DNA of 64,000 nt from positions 241,387 through 305,386 of the forward strand of contig DF236986.1 of NCBI GenBank assembly GCA_000708835.1, written 5' to 3'. Every line of letters begins with the position of its first letter. Positions within the stretch are counted from its first letter, which is position 1. Below are positions 49,801 through 62,952 of the stretch, piece by piece. The stretch is from Klebsormidium nitens. Its lineage: Eukaryota > Plantae > Klebsormidiophyceae. A program made the position numbers and the translations under genes. The notes beneath the pieces are model-generated. The model was not told the DNA's origin and did no database searches. It was given only the letters and a program-made list of their open reading frames with translations.

Positions 49801-52800
49801 CCCGTCCACGCAGTAGATGTAGTAATTGTGCGGCGCCGCCACCTGCCCGTTTTGAAGCTGTTCCCGAGGGTCTTGATTTGAAAGTTCAGGGCCACAGAAC
49901 AGCACGAGGTGGTCATCACGCCGACTCTAGTCCATGTCGTGAAAGTCAATGCCACGTGGCACTTTACCACAACGTCAGCCAAGACAGAGCACTCAAAGAG
50001 TTGAAGCTTTGCTTCACCTTGGAGACACCGGGTGGAAGCCTCTTTCCAAGACCTAGCCACGTGACAGAGCCGAGATGATAGCCGACTGACACAGTAGGTG
50101 AAGCCCCGACCGACTGCGGCATCGTCATAGCCTTGAAACCACGAAAATATTAACCGGATTAGCCCTCGAACTTAACAGAATTGATAAATCGAAAGTCTGC
50201 TCGATCCACACCTGCACCCACCCTTACCCTCATCTAACCCACCCAGCCCAGTACTGTCTTGAGTATCTTTCACTGGCTTTACATTGTTGATATTGTGCAC
50301 TGCATCAGTTGATCAGTTTCTCACCTTGTCTGCGGATTTGCCTCCCCTCATGCTGCGAGTAACAAAAGATGGGCGCTGCATCGTTGCTTGACCGGCTTTG
50401 ATAATAATCTTCCTTAAGAGCAACTTTATGGATGATCGTATCTGGTGAAACCTCAAACGGTCCCACAATCCTCACCTTGGCCGCCGGCTTGCCCCCCTCC
50501 TGCCGCGCGTCCCAAAAGATGATTGCCGCGTCGTCCCCCACGCTGCAGAACTCGTCCCCGCTGCTGGGCCGGAACACGACGTCCTCAATCGTGTCGGTGT
50601 GCCCTGGAAACCGACCGCGCTCCGCCACCTCTGTCGCCTTTGTGGGGGTGTCCCCGTCCAGCCCGCCCAGCCCCCCGCTGTTGACGCTCTTGCGGCCGGC
50701 GCCGCCGCCGTCCGCAGGGGGCGCCTCTGCTGAGGTGCTTGCGAGTGACGTCATCTGGTCCGCGAGGTGCCACAAAAGGACTTCTCCGTCTCGGCCTGCA
50801 GGCAGGGTGAGTAGCAGTCAGCATCCGTAGAATCAATGCGCCTCGCCCAAAGTGTACGGTTGGAGTTGCTAAGATCCAGCAATGTCAAATCTTTGGACGG
50901 ATAAAAAGGTGACATGCCTGGCAAAGTGCCGCAGGACCTTGCACAAAAGCGGATCAAATGTTCGATGAGAAAACTGAAACTTCGTTTGCCGCTTCAAAGA
51001 CGAAGCACATAAACAACGTGCGACCTCCCGGCTCAACCGACACACTGCCGCTTTCGGTGTCCATGCCACACACAAAGGAAAGGGGCAGAAAACGGTATTG
51101 TTTTGTGCACTGCCAGATCGGACTCAAAAGGACGAAGTCAGGCCAAGTGAGACGACTTCCAAAGGCATCTGCGTCACGGGCTCTGCAGATACCCGCCTTT
51201 CAAAAACCGTCACTGTGTCGGCGATCGGAGCACACTCAGAATGCCGCTGAATAACCCAGAGTTTGCAGCGGCCCCGTAAAAGTTGCAGCGATACTCACCC
51301 CCGCTGATGAGCCGCGGCTCCTTGGGGTGGAACGCGAGCGCAAACTCCGCAAACTGTTTATGCCCCGTCAGCTGGAGGTCCGGCACGCTGGCTGCGCTGC
51401 CCGCGACCTTGGCGTCCGCGCCACGCTCCGGCTGCGTGTCGACATTCCAAACGTACACCTGCACGCGCGCGCCACAGTCGGTGAGCCAAGAGCGACGATG
51501 CAAAGGAGATCGCAGCGAATAAATACAGCATTTCCAGGCAGGCCTGCTTTGGTCTGCACGCTATTTGAAACAAGAGTGATTTGATCGTATTGGAGGTTTG
51601 AGAAACTCGGGCCGGATATCATGGGTTGGCAGCTTAGGAGGAACGACGGATTAGTGAGTTTGCAATTCTGGGAGGTCGGGAACAGATTAGTGACTTAAAA
51701 TTTAAGTTGTCGAGCCGTGCTGGCCCCTAGGCAAGCTGAGAACGTGGCTGCGCACTGCTCGATCCTCCAAGAGCCCAACCGTTGCAGATTTCCTGATTCC
51801 GACGCTGTTTAGTAAGGCTCTGGTTATGCTCAGGATGTGGCAAATGCGAATCCGTTCAGCACATTTCAGTCTCTGTCCCAATCCTGGAGCCAATGACAGC
51901 TTGAGTCCGAAGACGGCAACCGGTCGGAGCCCAGGCAATGCACAGGAGGCTTCCGGAGGTCTCCCTCCCAACGTGCGGCAACGCACAATTCCGATGTCTA
52001 GGAGCCGTTTGGCGACGCACCCCCACTCCCTGGCATTCGATGTGGAACAATAAACAATCTCCCACAAGTGGACTCATTGGGAAGTGGGATATGTTGCGGG
52101 CAAGGAACGGGATGCCTCACCATGGGGCTGTCAGAGTGTGTCGCGACAATGTTCTGCGCTTCTGGGTACTCGCGGATCCGGTTCACCTGGCACAGCGGAG
52201 GGTCGATTGTCAGAACAAGCAACAAGAAAGGGACAAAAAGCCGTGCTTGGATTTCAGCTAACCTATGCCTGCTAGAAATACGGGCGATTGGCTTGTCAGC
52301 CTGGCCACACTCCGAACTTGTGCACGCCCCGATGGTTAACGGCATGCCCCTGATGCTTTGAGAAAGAAAGTCGAAAAGTTGAAAACGATCAACCTGAGTT
52401 TTAAGCTCAACCTGACTCGATTACGACCCGGATGACATTCAAGCCCTGTGTAAACCGCTGATTGTACCGGAACCACTTAGAGTCTCTAATAGGATGAGTC
52501 CACTCTACAGTCAAGCAACTTTTGCTTCAACAGATTGGAGTCTGGTCTATGAGGGCCTGCCTACCTCCCCAGGATGGATGATGGTCTTGTACTTCTTGAC
52601 GAGCGGGGAGCGTGCATCGTAGTTGAAGCTCTGCATCGACTCTGCGTCCGCCACGTGCGGCCGCGGAATCTCCACGTTCGCGACAACCAGCGTGTTGGGC
52701 ACGCTGCCATCCGTCTGCAATCGATGAAGAACGTGGTGTTGGATCGCAAAACTTGAGGTGTGCATTTTTGAGAGGTCCAAGTCTCCTCCATCAGAATACT

Positions 52801-53869
52801 CTAGATAGGACAGCCACTTTGGCTGTCATGGCATCAAAGATTGCTTGAAGTGGGTATGCATTTCCCGACGCCCACTTGAGGCTTGATCCAGGAGCATCTG
52901 AGCTTGAGCATAGCGTGGGACTCGTCTGTGCCAATCAAGATTGGGTCCCGGCTCCACATTGCTAGAGATGCTTCTGAAGCAAGGCAGGAGCCTCGAGAGG
53001 CGCTGTGTCGCAAGCAGTCAGAATGAGTCCTTTTGCCGCAAGAGGAACATTTCAACCGCCAGCAATTCTGGAATTTACAAAACTTTTCTTCTGAACCTCA
53101 TCCAGAACACACTCGCTGCTCGTTTGTTGGTTTCGGAGTTACAAATCCATCACACGAAGAGGAAGGATTAGTTGTCAGCATGACAATCATGACAATCCCT
53201 GTAAGGATTGGTGCTCTGCAGGCGGAGTAACTCACCTGTTCTGACAGGTAGGCCCTCTGCTTGACCTTGTATGTGTAGTTCTCCACTTGGGGACCCCATC
53301 TGAAGCATTGCAAACAGGTAATATCACAGCGGAAAGATGACGGCTGCGGGCTTGCAGAAATACCAAACATTAATGACACCTCAGATTGTTTCAGGTACAT
53401 AGCCATGCGGATGTGGAAAACGGTAGCACTCACTTCAGTCCCAGTCAAGGTGGTGCCCTTGAGCCTCCAATTACAGCAGGTTTGAGACGTCAACCTTTCA
53501 CAGAGTTGGGGAAGATGAGTTTAACAAAGGACTTATCTGCTAAAGAAACTACGTTCTGAAGGGGCAGATTATCCTGGTCGTTCAGTATCACGCTCGAATG
53601 CTTGAACACATAGAATTACAATGACAAAAGGTGTATGCCAGCGTAAAAGGAGCAGCTTGAAAGAAGAAACAAGCAGGCAACTGTTCTTAACATGACGGAA
53701 GGCAAGCCGGCGCTGACCTGCAGCTGAGGGAGGGCCAGACCAAGTTGTTGTTGGTGAAGGAATCATACAGCACCGGCACAAGCCGCTTCCACTGCTTGTA
53801 GCGCGCCTCCGCCGCTTCTTTCGCGGCGTCCTCGCGGGCCGCCTTGTCCTTGGCGCTTTTTGGGGCCAT
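46822..53869 (-). CDS. MSI4: MSI4/FVE-like WD40 histone-binding protein (RBBP4/NURF55 family) with a long acidic C-terminal tail
   Basis: Exons 53869-53718, 53299-53236, 52714-52565, 52186-52121, 51458-51299, 50795-50476, 49694-49360, 48818-48719, 48194-48071, 47516-46822. Motifs: YKQWKRLVPVLYDSFTNNNLVWPSLSCRWG, TDGSVPNTLVVAN, TIIHPGEVNRIRE, GHTDTIEDVVF, MFQHAGHRDKVVDFQWN and IWRMNDLIY. Confidence 0.93.
47941..48059. repeat. Intronic 60-bp direct tandem duplication next to the MSI4 exon-9 donor
   Basis: aac.tttgcggaaagcagcagaaggggcgatagcacagtca..t....gcaagggg occurs at 47941 and 48001. Confidence 0.9.
48170..48400 (-). repeat. Three tandem copies (100 and 90 bp spacing) of the MSI4 exon-9 acceptor plus the exon start
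   Basis: gcag|ATTTGGCGCATGAACGACCTG (48194), gcag|ATTTGGCGTGAACGATCTC (48294) and gcac|ATTTGGCGTGA (48384, AG mutated to AC). The intron motif tgactact.ttgatcagat..tctgga is also repeated. Confidence 0.85.
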
Positions 53870-54604
53870 GACCACCCGTAGCACACGGCGTGGCGTTCAC
53901 CGATTACCTGGCTTAATCCCGCTGCAGACGCGCAGGTTGAGAACTTTGTTTGTCCAAAGTGATTGGAGGCAGGAGGAATTGTGAATGTGGCAGTGGTCAA
54001 AAGGGTATTACCAGGACATATTACCATCAATAGTGGTGCACCGATTGCAACAAGAGAGCAGGGCTTCAAGGATGCCCCCGGAGCAATATATTTACCCGCA
54101 AGTTGAACGAATTGTGGGTCAATGCTCACGAATTGGAGCTGGTTAGGCAGCACCCCATTTGCAACATGCATTTACGGTGGCTAAGTCAATGTCAACGCCG
54201 AGAATTTCCAGCAGTGATGCCCTGAAGCCTTGATATTACTCTTAGGCAATGAATTGAGAGGTGACGCACTTTTAAGGTCACTTGGCAAGCAAAGAGCGGT
54301 GGCACTCATAAGGAGACATAAAGCGGGCTATGGGAAAGAATTGGTCCATCACAAGCTATAAGTTTGCAAGATCCCAGACAAAGCCCAGCAATCGGAGGGC
54401 TGCAGGGCCCCCTTCCTAGAAGACGCAAACTTGGGAGCAGATTGGGCAATAACAAGAAGACAGCACTCCAGGCGCAAGGACACCAGCACTCACCACACGC
54501 GGCCGCCTAAGCTCGATTAGCACTGCAGAAGGAAGGCGGAAGAGGAAGCTGCAGGAGCCCCAGCAGCCATTGATCCATGCAATGCGGATCCCCTGGCTCA
54601 GGGC

Positions 54605-54937
54605 TAGGGTGGTCACATTTGTATCCTCGGAAAACCGGCGCACCGACCCCAAGGGTGCGCACCGACCCTAGAAACCCACTTTGGTCGTATTTGCATTTGG
54701 GGCCACTCCACCGGACGGCTAGAACTTTCCGCTTTGTGCGGTCTCGAGTCGCGACGGTATATTGTGCAAACCCACCCTACAAACTTTTTCGGAGGTCCGG
54801 GATCGGTCGCCCCCACCCTAGAAATGTTGCGACCCCGAACCTTAGGGTGGAAATCCCGCCCCGAGGGTGGAATTTCCACCCCGAGGGTCGGAATTCCGGC
54901 CCCAAGGGTCGTCGCGACCTCAAATGTGACCACCCTA
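54605..54937. mobile_element. MITE-like non-autonomous DNA transposon (17-bp TIR TAGGGTGGTCACATTTG)
   Basis: Perfect inverted repeats at 54605-54621 and 54921-54937, no coding capacity, and short internal repeats (accctag, cccgagggt). The TAGGGTG end resembles hAT termini, but the 8-bp flanks (ctcagggc / tgatcagt) do not match. A TA-TSD reading is the alternative. Confidence 0.75.
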
Positions 54938-56395
54938 TGATCAGTCGTGCGCTCTCACCAACACAGGCCAAAAGACTGCAGCTCTGCGTGCAAAGCCATG
55001 TCACTCTGCATTTCCAAGTCGACCTGCATTGTAAGACTTTGCTGATCGCTGGGTCGCCGCAAAATAGTCTATCAAAAGCGACATTTACGCCTGTTTGCAG
55101 CGACCACGAACGAGATTGGAAAGTGGCTCTCTCCGGCCAGAGCAATGGCCTGGGGCCAGAATGTGGACTTCGAAACAGGAGGTTGGTACGTTGCGCAGAA
55201 ATATGGGGCCCACGGCAGCAATCGGAATGCAGAGCATGCAGTCTCTCTCCTTTCAAGCCATTGTGCCCTTGCATCACCGCAAGGGCAAGAGGATTCCTGG
55301 AGGAACAAGGGGCCACATTGCGGGCCCGTACGTTGAGATTCTCCAATTGCTGCAGGCATCAAGCAGCACGACATGGCGGCAGGTACGTCCCTGCCTGAGA
55401 GTCGCAAAGCTGTGCACTTACAGCAAGCGGTCAATCTGTTTCGTTTCGTTCATTCATTTAAGCGTTCTTTCATTCGTCCAATGTAAGTACTTACTTCATG
55501 AGCTGATGGTGGGGCTTTTGGGCCTACAATGCTGCCTTTGTGGGTGGTCAACATTGGTCCAATGCCCCCCGTTCTCAACTCAAGAAAATGGTGGTGGCAT
55601 CATAAGAGCGATATGATGCTTCAGACACAGGCAATTGAAGTGGTCATCTCTCATCCTCGGTACCCCATACCTGAAACAGTGTTCTCCTCTTGCCCCCGCA
55701 GCACAGCTGTGGCTGTTGTCGATTCAGGGGGGGCCACTTCTCAAAAGATTTTTGGGGAACTAGTGCAGCTGGGGTAAGCACATCATCGCCAGGGATGCAT
55801 ATGGGGCTAACATAACCTCAGTGACTCATTGCTTGCTTCATAGGCCCTCGATCCAGGGGGCATGCCTCGATGAACACAATTGCCTTGAAGGCAATTTTGT
55901 TTATCATGGCTGCCTTGAGTTTACCCCAAGGGGCGGCACTCTGCCCCTTGATGGTTGCCACTTGCCTCATATAGGTTGAACAACCAGACAGTAAGCGAGG
56001 CCTTTCTGACAATCTGAGCCACCCTGATGAGGTCTAGCTCTTTGTTGCAGGCAACTCAGAAAGGGTCTCGAATGCAATGCGCCCAGGATGCGAAAGCAGC
56101 AGCAGGGGCTGCTGGCACAGGCGCACAGAAAGGTTTGTACTTCCCACATAGTACATCTTGCTACTCTCACTCTTGGCCCTTTCAAAAGGCAGGGTACCTT
56201 TGTAGTGTGAAGGGTCTTCTCTGGGGACTCTGAGAAGCGACAGTTTGGTTAGTTGCCCAGGACTCTCATGGGGGCTGTACTTGTTGTACGAGGCAAGGGA
56301 GTTGCTAATCGAACATGGTCACTGGTTGACGTGGTGTGATACAAACCCCAAGGGCGAAGGTTGCAGACGTGATGTCACGGGGCCTTGTGTATCAG

Positions 56396-58106
56396 AAGTC
56401 TTGCCATCGAAGCCAATCTTGTTGGCCCCAACAAGGTTTGGATCGGGTTTTCGTGCGCCATTGGTCACTAAAAGCTTGTGGTGTGGTGCAGAGGTACGGG
56501 TTCTGTTCCGCATGTACGAGGAGGACTGCCGCCCCACCAACAGCTTCATGGAATTTGGTATATCGTCCGACGCTGACATTCGGCAAATACTGGACCTTAT
56601 GCAATGGACCGATGCCGTTGACATCACCCCAGGTACGTGCTATCTAGTCTTCCTTCCCGTCTTATCCTTGAGCGACCGGTGTGGCTTCAAATCCATATAT
56701 GCCTGGGGAATATGTACGAAGGTGGTGGGGGGTTAAAAAGTTACACGGACAACAAACCGAAACTATAGAGATTGTCAAGTCCTGGTTAAAACACTCTGAA
56801 TAGCGTGCTCAGGTTCTTTCACCTTGTTTGCAGAAAGCAATGTCGTAATACAAACTTGATCAGGTATCCATTGACTCCATTTCGACAAAGTTACATCAAT
56901 TCAACTGCCTCTCGCCACATGTTCATTTCCATTTCAACCTCACCTAGGCGCTCTTTACATAGCTCTTGCTTGATTTGATCAAATGTAGGGCTGTTCACAA
57001 TACGTGTTTTTAAGGAGCTGCCCCTTGCCGGATGAGACTCCAGGCGTTCGTGTGGGGTCATCCGATTTCAATTTCAACGGAGCTCTTTCTTGACGAGCAT
57101 GTTTGGCCCCACACGAAACTAAACAGGAAAGTATTTGTTTTCACCAGCGATGCTCTGTTAAAATCTGATGTCTCGACCAAGTCCGTTTTCTGCCCTTGCT
57201 GCCGGGAAACACTGCGTATGTGCGGACATCCTGCGACCAAGGGGTCGTCAAGAATCAACCGCTCAGTTATGGAGACACCTCACCGGGGAGACCTTGTTCG
57301 ACCGTTCATTCTCTATTTGAGTTCCCTGGAATATGAGGTAGTTGTCTTTGGCATCAGCTGCTTGTTCCAGATTACTAGAGAATCTCACTCAACCATCAAT
57401 CTGCGCATGCAACACAGGCGCCCCCCACGTCAACCTGTCGCTTTCATCACCCCGCCTTTCTGCCATTGCTTATGCAGGCTCCCCCGCCGGCGGCCGGCTC
57501 GTCCAGAGCATGGCCGACCTGCAACCGTACGGCTGGTACGACCGAATAGAAACATACCTAGATCTGCAGCGAGTGCAAAGCCACGTGAAAACTGCCGGCC
57601 ACGACAGCAGCACGCCAATCCCGTTAGACCGCCTGCTCGGCGCGCGTTTCCCGGCGCTTACGACCGCCCCGCGCATTTTCTACGAGGACCCGGAGCAGCA
57701 CGCGCGGTGGCGGGACGCGCAATCGGCGCTGACAGAGCTCGCGCGGGACGGCGGGGGGGGAACTAGCATGGAGGAGACGAAGTCGCTGCTCGCGGTAAAA
57801 GACAGCGAGCGCGCGCTCGAGTTTGACAGCGTGGCGGTTAGTGAGGAAGCGGCCACGCTAGTGGTGGGGGACTTTGCGGAGGTGGGCAGCGTGACGGCGG
57901 TAGAGGCTCTGCGCGAAAAAGCGGACCGGCTGACGGAGCGGCCGCAGCTGGCGGGGGGGGCGGGGAAGGCTGTTGTGGCGGTGCTGTGCGTGAAGGGGTA
58001 TGATCGAGGCAGCGGGGGTAAGCAGGGGCTTCTACGGTACGCGCAGCAACGGGACGTGCTGCTGGCGGAGCGGAGTCGTACGGGAGTTGATACGATGGTT
58101 GGGTAA
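56396..58106 (+). CDS. Uncharacterised protein with a possible C-terminal PD-(D/E)XK (REase-fold) domain; 5' part uncertain
   Basis: Exon ending 56632 (..ILDLMQWTDAVDITP G|gtacgt) is phase-compatible with the GC-rich exon 57478-58106 (G|GC SPAGGRLVQ..ALEFDSVAVSEEAATLVVGDFAE..VEALREKADRL..VVAVLCVKGY..*). A possible first exon lies at ~56072-56131. Confidence 0.5.
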
Positions 58107-58895
58107 GACCTCCCGCTACCATCAGGTCATTGAATCGAGCTTTGCGGATTGTATACCAGTGGACACATTCTCAAAAGACGGACACTGAGGAGAGCAGACA
58201 TGCTCCACGTTTGCATCGTGTTTGCAGCATGTTTCTGCCAGGCAGATGAGTTCAGTCCAATACGTCACGTACGTCCGAGCAACTATAAACCCACATTTAG
58301 TTCGCACCGTGCGGCTGATCATTTGCATCTTTAAAGTTGATTAGGAAGATCGTGCATAACTCGTCATGCTAGTAAAAGAGCTTCATGCACGTCGGGTTAG
58401 GCGGCTAGATGTATACGTTCATTGCGTTACATGTGCGCGCGGCGGCAACTAATCAAGGCGCCACCTGAACGCGTGTTAGATTCGTATATTGAATTACCAA
58501 ACTTCAATATTAGTACATATAAGGTTTCGCGTCGGCCAAAATGGCTGAGCGCTCATCTCCGGTCCTCCGGACCAATGAGAACGCTTCAATCGATCACGTG
58601 GCAAGAGATGTACAGACCTGGTACAGGATTTCGCTAGAGAGGCAGTGTACAAATCTGTACGCGGATCGGAGATGCAAAGCTTGTGAGCCCAGCAGTTTTC
58701 GGTCGATGCGGAACGTAAGGCCTTTGCAATCAGAGTAAGTGATCATTATACGGAATTGTCAGTCCGTATATCAAAGGCCGAACCGTTAATTGCATGGTCA
58801 AATTGAATGATGGCGCGCAAAACCATGCCGCCATGACAAGTGTGCCGCCAAGTCAACTGACGTATTCGAGCATCAGCTCGAAGCTCATCAAGCAA

Positions 58896-61453
58896 TCAGT
58901 CATGAGCAACGGGCCCTGGCAATTCCACGTGCATGCTGCATATATCAGTATCGAAGGAGGAAGATACTAGGCAAACGTTTGAAACGGGTGCAATGTAGAA
59001 CGTGCCAGAATAACGCCAGAAACTCTTCACTTTCATCTTGTATAGCTTGAGGAAATTCTTCAGCAAGAATACACTGTAATTCGAATCAGCCATGTGCGGT
59101 GCAGTAGCTGCCGTGCGCAGGTCAATACCACCAACATCCACTGTACCTGTCTGAGTCGGGCTGCTTGGCCGCTCCCGCGAGCGCCTTATAGAATGGTACC
59201 TTAAACAATAACACAACCTGGTGATTAACATCCTCCTCTCTATGCTATTCGCCTGCTTTCGAGTACCTTGCCTTCCAACTCCGCTTTCGCTTTCTCAAGA
59301 AACAGTTTCGCAGACTCAGCCGCCGATGGGCGTTGTCGTTTCGAAGGTCCTTGCTGCTCGCCTTTACTCTTCCAGTCTGCTGCCTTGCGCTGGAGACGCT
59401 GTCGTTGCTCTGCAAAAGCTCAGCGTTGGTTGTCTGCAAGTCCGATCGCCATGACCCACCGACCCCACTAGTCAATCAGCCGTGTCACACTGATCCGTTA
59501 GGAAGCACGAAAACCACTACCACTTTGGACGAAGTCCACGATCAACCATTCCCAAAGGTTTCAGAAGGAGTATCCGAGTCAGAATTTGATGCGGATTCAA
59601 TAATGGCTCATGATGCACACACTTTGAGAAGTTCGCATGCAGGGAGTCGGCATAAAAGCCGCGAGAATGTTGACATTGTAAGCAATTCGACGGCTTCGGT
59701 GATTCAAGTGACCTGCTTGACAGAGTGAGACCCAGCTCATGCTCACGGGACATCAGTAGACGAACCTGTGGATAGGTCAGGGATGGCGTGGTCTATGAAA
59801 CGATTGGCTGCGCTCACGTTCAGGCTCACGGTAGGTGCTTTGGGCCCTGCAAGATATGACGCAGTGAGCGCAGGTATCCTGTACTCCCTGAAGATGCTTA
59901 TCGTCATTCTCTTTCTTAGTTCGACGTGAAGTAGTTCGACAATCAGCTTAGGCTATAACAGTCTGCGATGCAGGCTTTTTGAAGTCAACGGGATGAATCA
60001 ATCCTTCTTCGGTTGGTCATGGCCAACGATGAACCCAGCATCAGGAGATCAGCATGCTCGGAGAAGGCAGGAGCTCACGATTGAAGACGCATCTGCAAGT
60101 AGACTCAAACCTTGCTATCAAAAAGAGAGCGATGATGGGATCTAGACTCCAACAAGCTACGGAGACAAGGGTGGCCTTCCACAAACAATGGGGGCAGTCA
60201 CTTACCCTTCTGCTTGTCGGCCACTTTACTCACTTTTGTTTTGTAAAGCTGCAAGCGTTCCTGCAAAACAAGGGGCCGATGTTTCGGTCCCGCTGTACAT
60301 GAGATCGATTCGCATGTGAAACAAGATTGCTCACGCAACATCCAAACTCCACAGCTTAGCCGCTGAGCATAGCTTATCCTCCGGCTGAGACCTTGATTTT
60401 CAAGGAACTTCTGAGTAATGAAAGGGCGTGAAAGACCCAACTCGCATGTTACAAACGTACAAAGGGCCGACGACCAGCAGGCAATTTCCCGGCTGAAATG
60501 TGCGGCCATATCATGGTTATGTAAAACGGAAATCCAACAGAAGCCAACTCATTGGTCAACAAGGACGGATCGAAGAGGGCCACGACAAGCAGATTTGGGA
60601 GGGGTTTGCGGCAACCAGGATTCAATCAATCAGAAAAGATCCCGGAGGCACTTGCTGACGTCGCAGTTGAGCTTTAACAGCCACTTACTAGTTCTTTCTT
60701 GACGGGATTCGCATTGTCCCCCACACCTCTCGTTTTCAGGTACACTGTAAAAGTGCAAGTTTTCGATAGGCATTTGAGGTTCTGACTACATGCACGATGC
60801 AGAAGTCTTCAAGTTTCGATTCCAAAAAATTCAAAATCCAGCCGGATTCAGGAGCAAGGTACTCAAGGAGTCTGTAGAAGCCATGAAGGCTCTATCCGTG
60901 CGTGTGCATCAACTGCTAAGAATTTCCACTAATGCATTGCACCAGCCTGTGAGTGCGGGAAGTGAATGCGGGAGCAATCAAGACGAGCAGGGAAGACTGA
61001 GGATAAGGCCGGTCGTAATCACTAGACCAGACAACTCTAGAAGTGGGAGAGGGGTTTTCCAGTAAGAAAAAGCCTTACAGAATTGAAAAGTCCGTATCTC
61101 CTAGATTTGACAATCACAATAAGCCCCGACGTGAAATAGATTGAGCTCCCTAAGTGCGCAGAATTCCACGTACTGATAGTGGAAGGGTGGCACTTACTGC
61201 AGAAAAGGATGGTGGCAGATTCTGAAAGTGCGAGGTTCAGTCGTGCACTCTCAAGGGGTTGTAGCTCTCCATCAAGTTCCTTTCTGAAGTCCCAGAGCTC
61301 CAAGAGATGCCCCTCGATTGACGATACAACATCGTGTAGCGCAGCGACGGCGTCAGTCACTTTCTTAGGAACAGTGGCAGCCATCGATTGAAGGCCCCTG
61401 CAGAATACCATAAGTTCAACCATCTGTCGATAGCGTTTAGTTACTGCTGCCAA
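58896..61453 (-). pseudogene. Fragments of an unknown spliced gene or decayed transposon gene
   Basis: Protein-like segments, several flanked by AG/GT: GLQSMAATVPKKVTDAVAALHDVV..LWDFRKELDGEL (~61200-61400), SLHGFYRLLEYLAPESGWILNFLESKLEDFCIVH (~60790-60890), KFLENQGLSRRISYAQRLSCGVW (~60335-60410), IFREYRIPALTASYLAG (~59770-59900) and FLLKNFLKLYKMKVKSFWRYSGTFYIAPVSNV (~58900-59070). I could not build a stop-free model or name a family. Confidence 0.35.
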
Positions 61454-62055
61454 ATGACAAAGACTTAGGCCTGCAAAGATGGGCGGCCAGCTTCATGATG
61501 ACTTCAACTTTTATTTTCACTAACGACACCTGTTTCCCAAGCCGTTGTCAGTTGCTGACCAAGTCATGAGGTTGTGCTGCAAAGTATTTTGTAATCAGAC
61601 CTACAACTCTCAACTGTCACAGAAAGAGCAGCTACTACTATATATATGTAGACTGACGCCCTCTTTGAGAGCATCCGTGACCAATTTGGAGCAGTTTCGA
61701 ACTTGTGGGCACCTGAGATATCGAGTAAGGAAAGTGGCTTATTTCCATGCGATAATCAACCACCTGACAAATTTAAATTACCGTATATCGTAGATAACGC
61801 GCCGCTCGACAAATTTGTCAGTTGTGTGCAAAACGGCACGCCTGACAAAATTGGTAGCACCGGCGTCGCACCGCGCACCGTCCGATCGGCAACGCACGGT
61901 CCGATATCGACCGTGCTCGACGCGACCGTGTCGACACACAAAGTTGCTCGCCGCGACCGTCTGGATTGCAGTACATAAGGGCGGCGCCCCTTATTGGAGG
62001 GGGTGGGGTGGTGGTTCGCGACGGCTTGCCCCGGGTGCCACCAGCACTGCAAGTC

Positions 62056-62240
62056 CACTAGCATTAGGGTCTCGCGTACCGCCCGGAAAGCAACCGGGCC
62101 CTCCCTGTGACATTAGGGTCTCGCGGGCAACCGAGTGACAACCGGGCACTTCCCAGTGACATTAGGGTGTGGCGGTCACTCTATCCTAGGTTTTTAGTGT
62201 GCCCGGTACTTCCCTGTGACAACCGCCCGGGGATTACCAA
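62056..62240 (+). repeat. Short direct and inverted sub-terminal-type repeats beginning with CACTAG; possible CACTA transposon end
   Basis: CACTAGCATTAGGG is followed by repeated gtgacattagggt, aaccgggc and cttccc.gtgaca motifs. Confidence 0.45.
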
Positions 62241-62756
62241 TTTTGTCAAGCCATCCGATATACGGTATTTATAAATTTGTAGCGGCGCACGTCTTTCACG
62301 CGCTTGTAAACCACTTTTATGCCTGGAGATGTCAAGGACTTGAAATTCTGCTCGCACGAGGATTTTGGCTGGTGTTTGCGCCCTTTGGCCAGGTGTGAAC
62401 GGCCGCCTGTGCGTGGCCGGAGTGAGCAACCTCAGGCCCCGGCAAGCAACAGCAAAGAAAGCCAAACCGGTAGAAGGTAACCCGGTGCCAGTCAAGGCCT
62501 ATTAAAACTATCTTTCAATACAGTTGACCGGGTGATAGAGGAACCGGAACAATCAAAGCTTTGCCTTTGCCCTGCCGCCATAGAAACCGGCACGTGGAGG
62601 CACGTTCTCACCTACAGAATGGCAGGCAGGCGGCAGGATCTATCGAAGCCTAGGCTCGAATGAAGACGTGCTTGCTGGATCAGAATCTTGTGAACTTGTA
62701 TGCAGGAGGTTTTCGCAGCCCTTGTTGCACCTTGTTGGCGCAAAGGTCATCATCAT

Positions 62757-62952
62757 TACCGTACCAGCGTTTAATTTCGTCAACAAATAAATAATTATTT
62801 GGCCTGACGAAAATTTCAGAAATATATTTCAGGCGGTAATGGATCGATAATGGTATGTTTTAGCAGGTAACGTTGGGTCTGCCGAAATCCTGGAACGTTT
62901 CATAATTAATTATCTGGCGTCGAACCTGACGAAATTAAACGCTGGTACGGTA
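62757..62952. mobile_element. AT-rich ~196 bp MITE with perfect inverted ends (TA + 24-bp TIR), Tc1/mariner-pogo-like
   Basis: taccgtaccagcgtttaatttcgtca (62757-62782) is the exact reverse complement of tgacgaaattaaacgctggtacggta (62927-62952). The flanking TA is consistent with a TA TSD. Confidence 0.85.

Noticed and set aside
54577-55616. ORFs 54577-55398, 54777-55346 and 55095-55616 as a transposase
   Set aside because: They run through a non-coding MITE and show no DDE or other domain motif.
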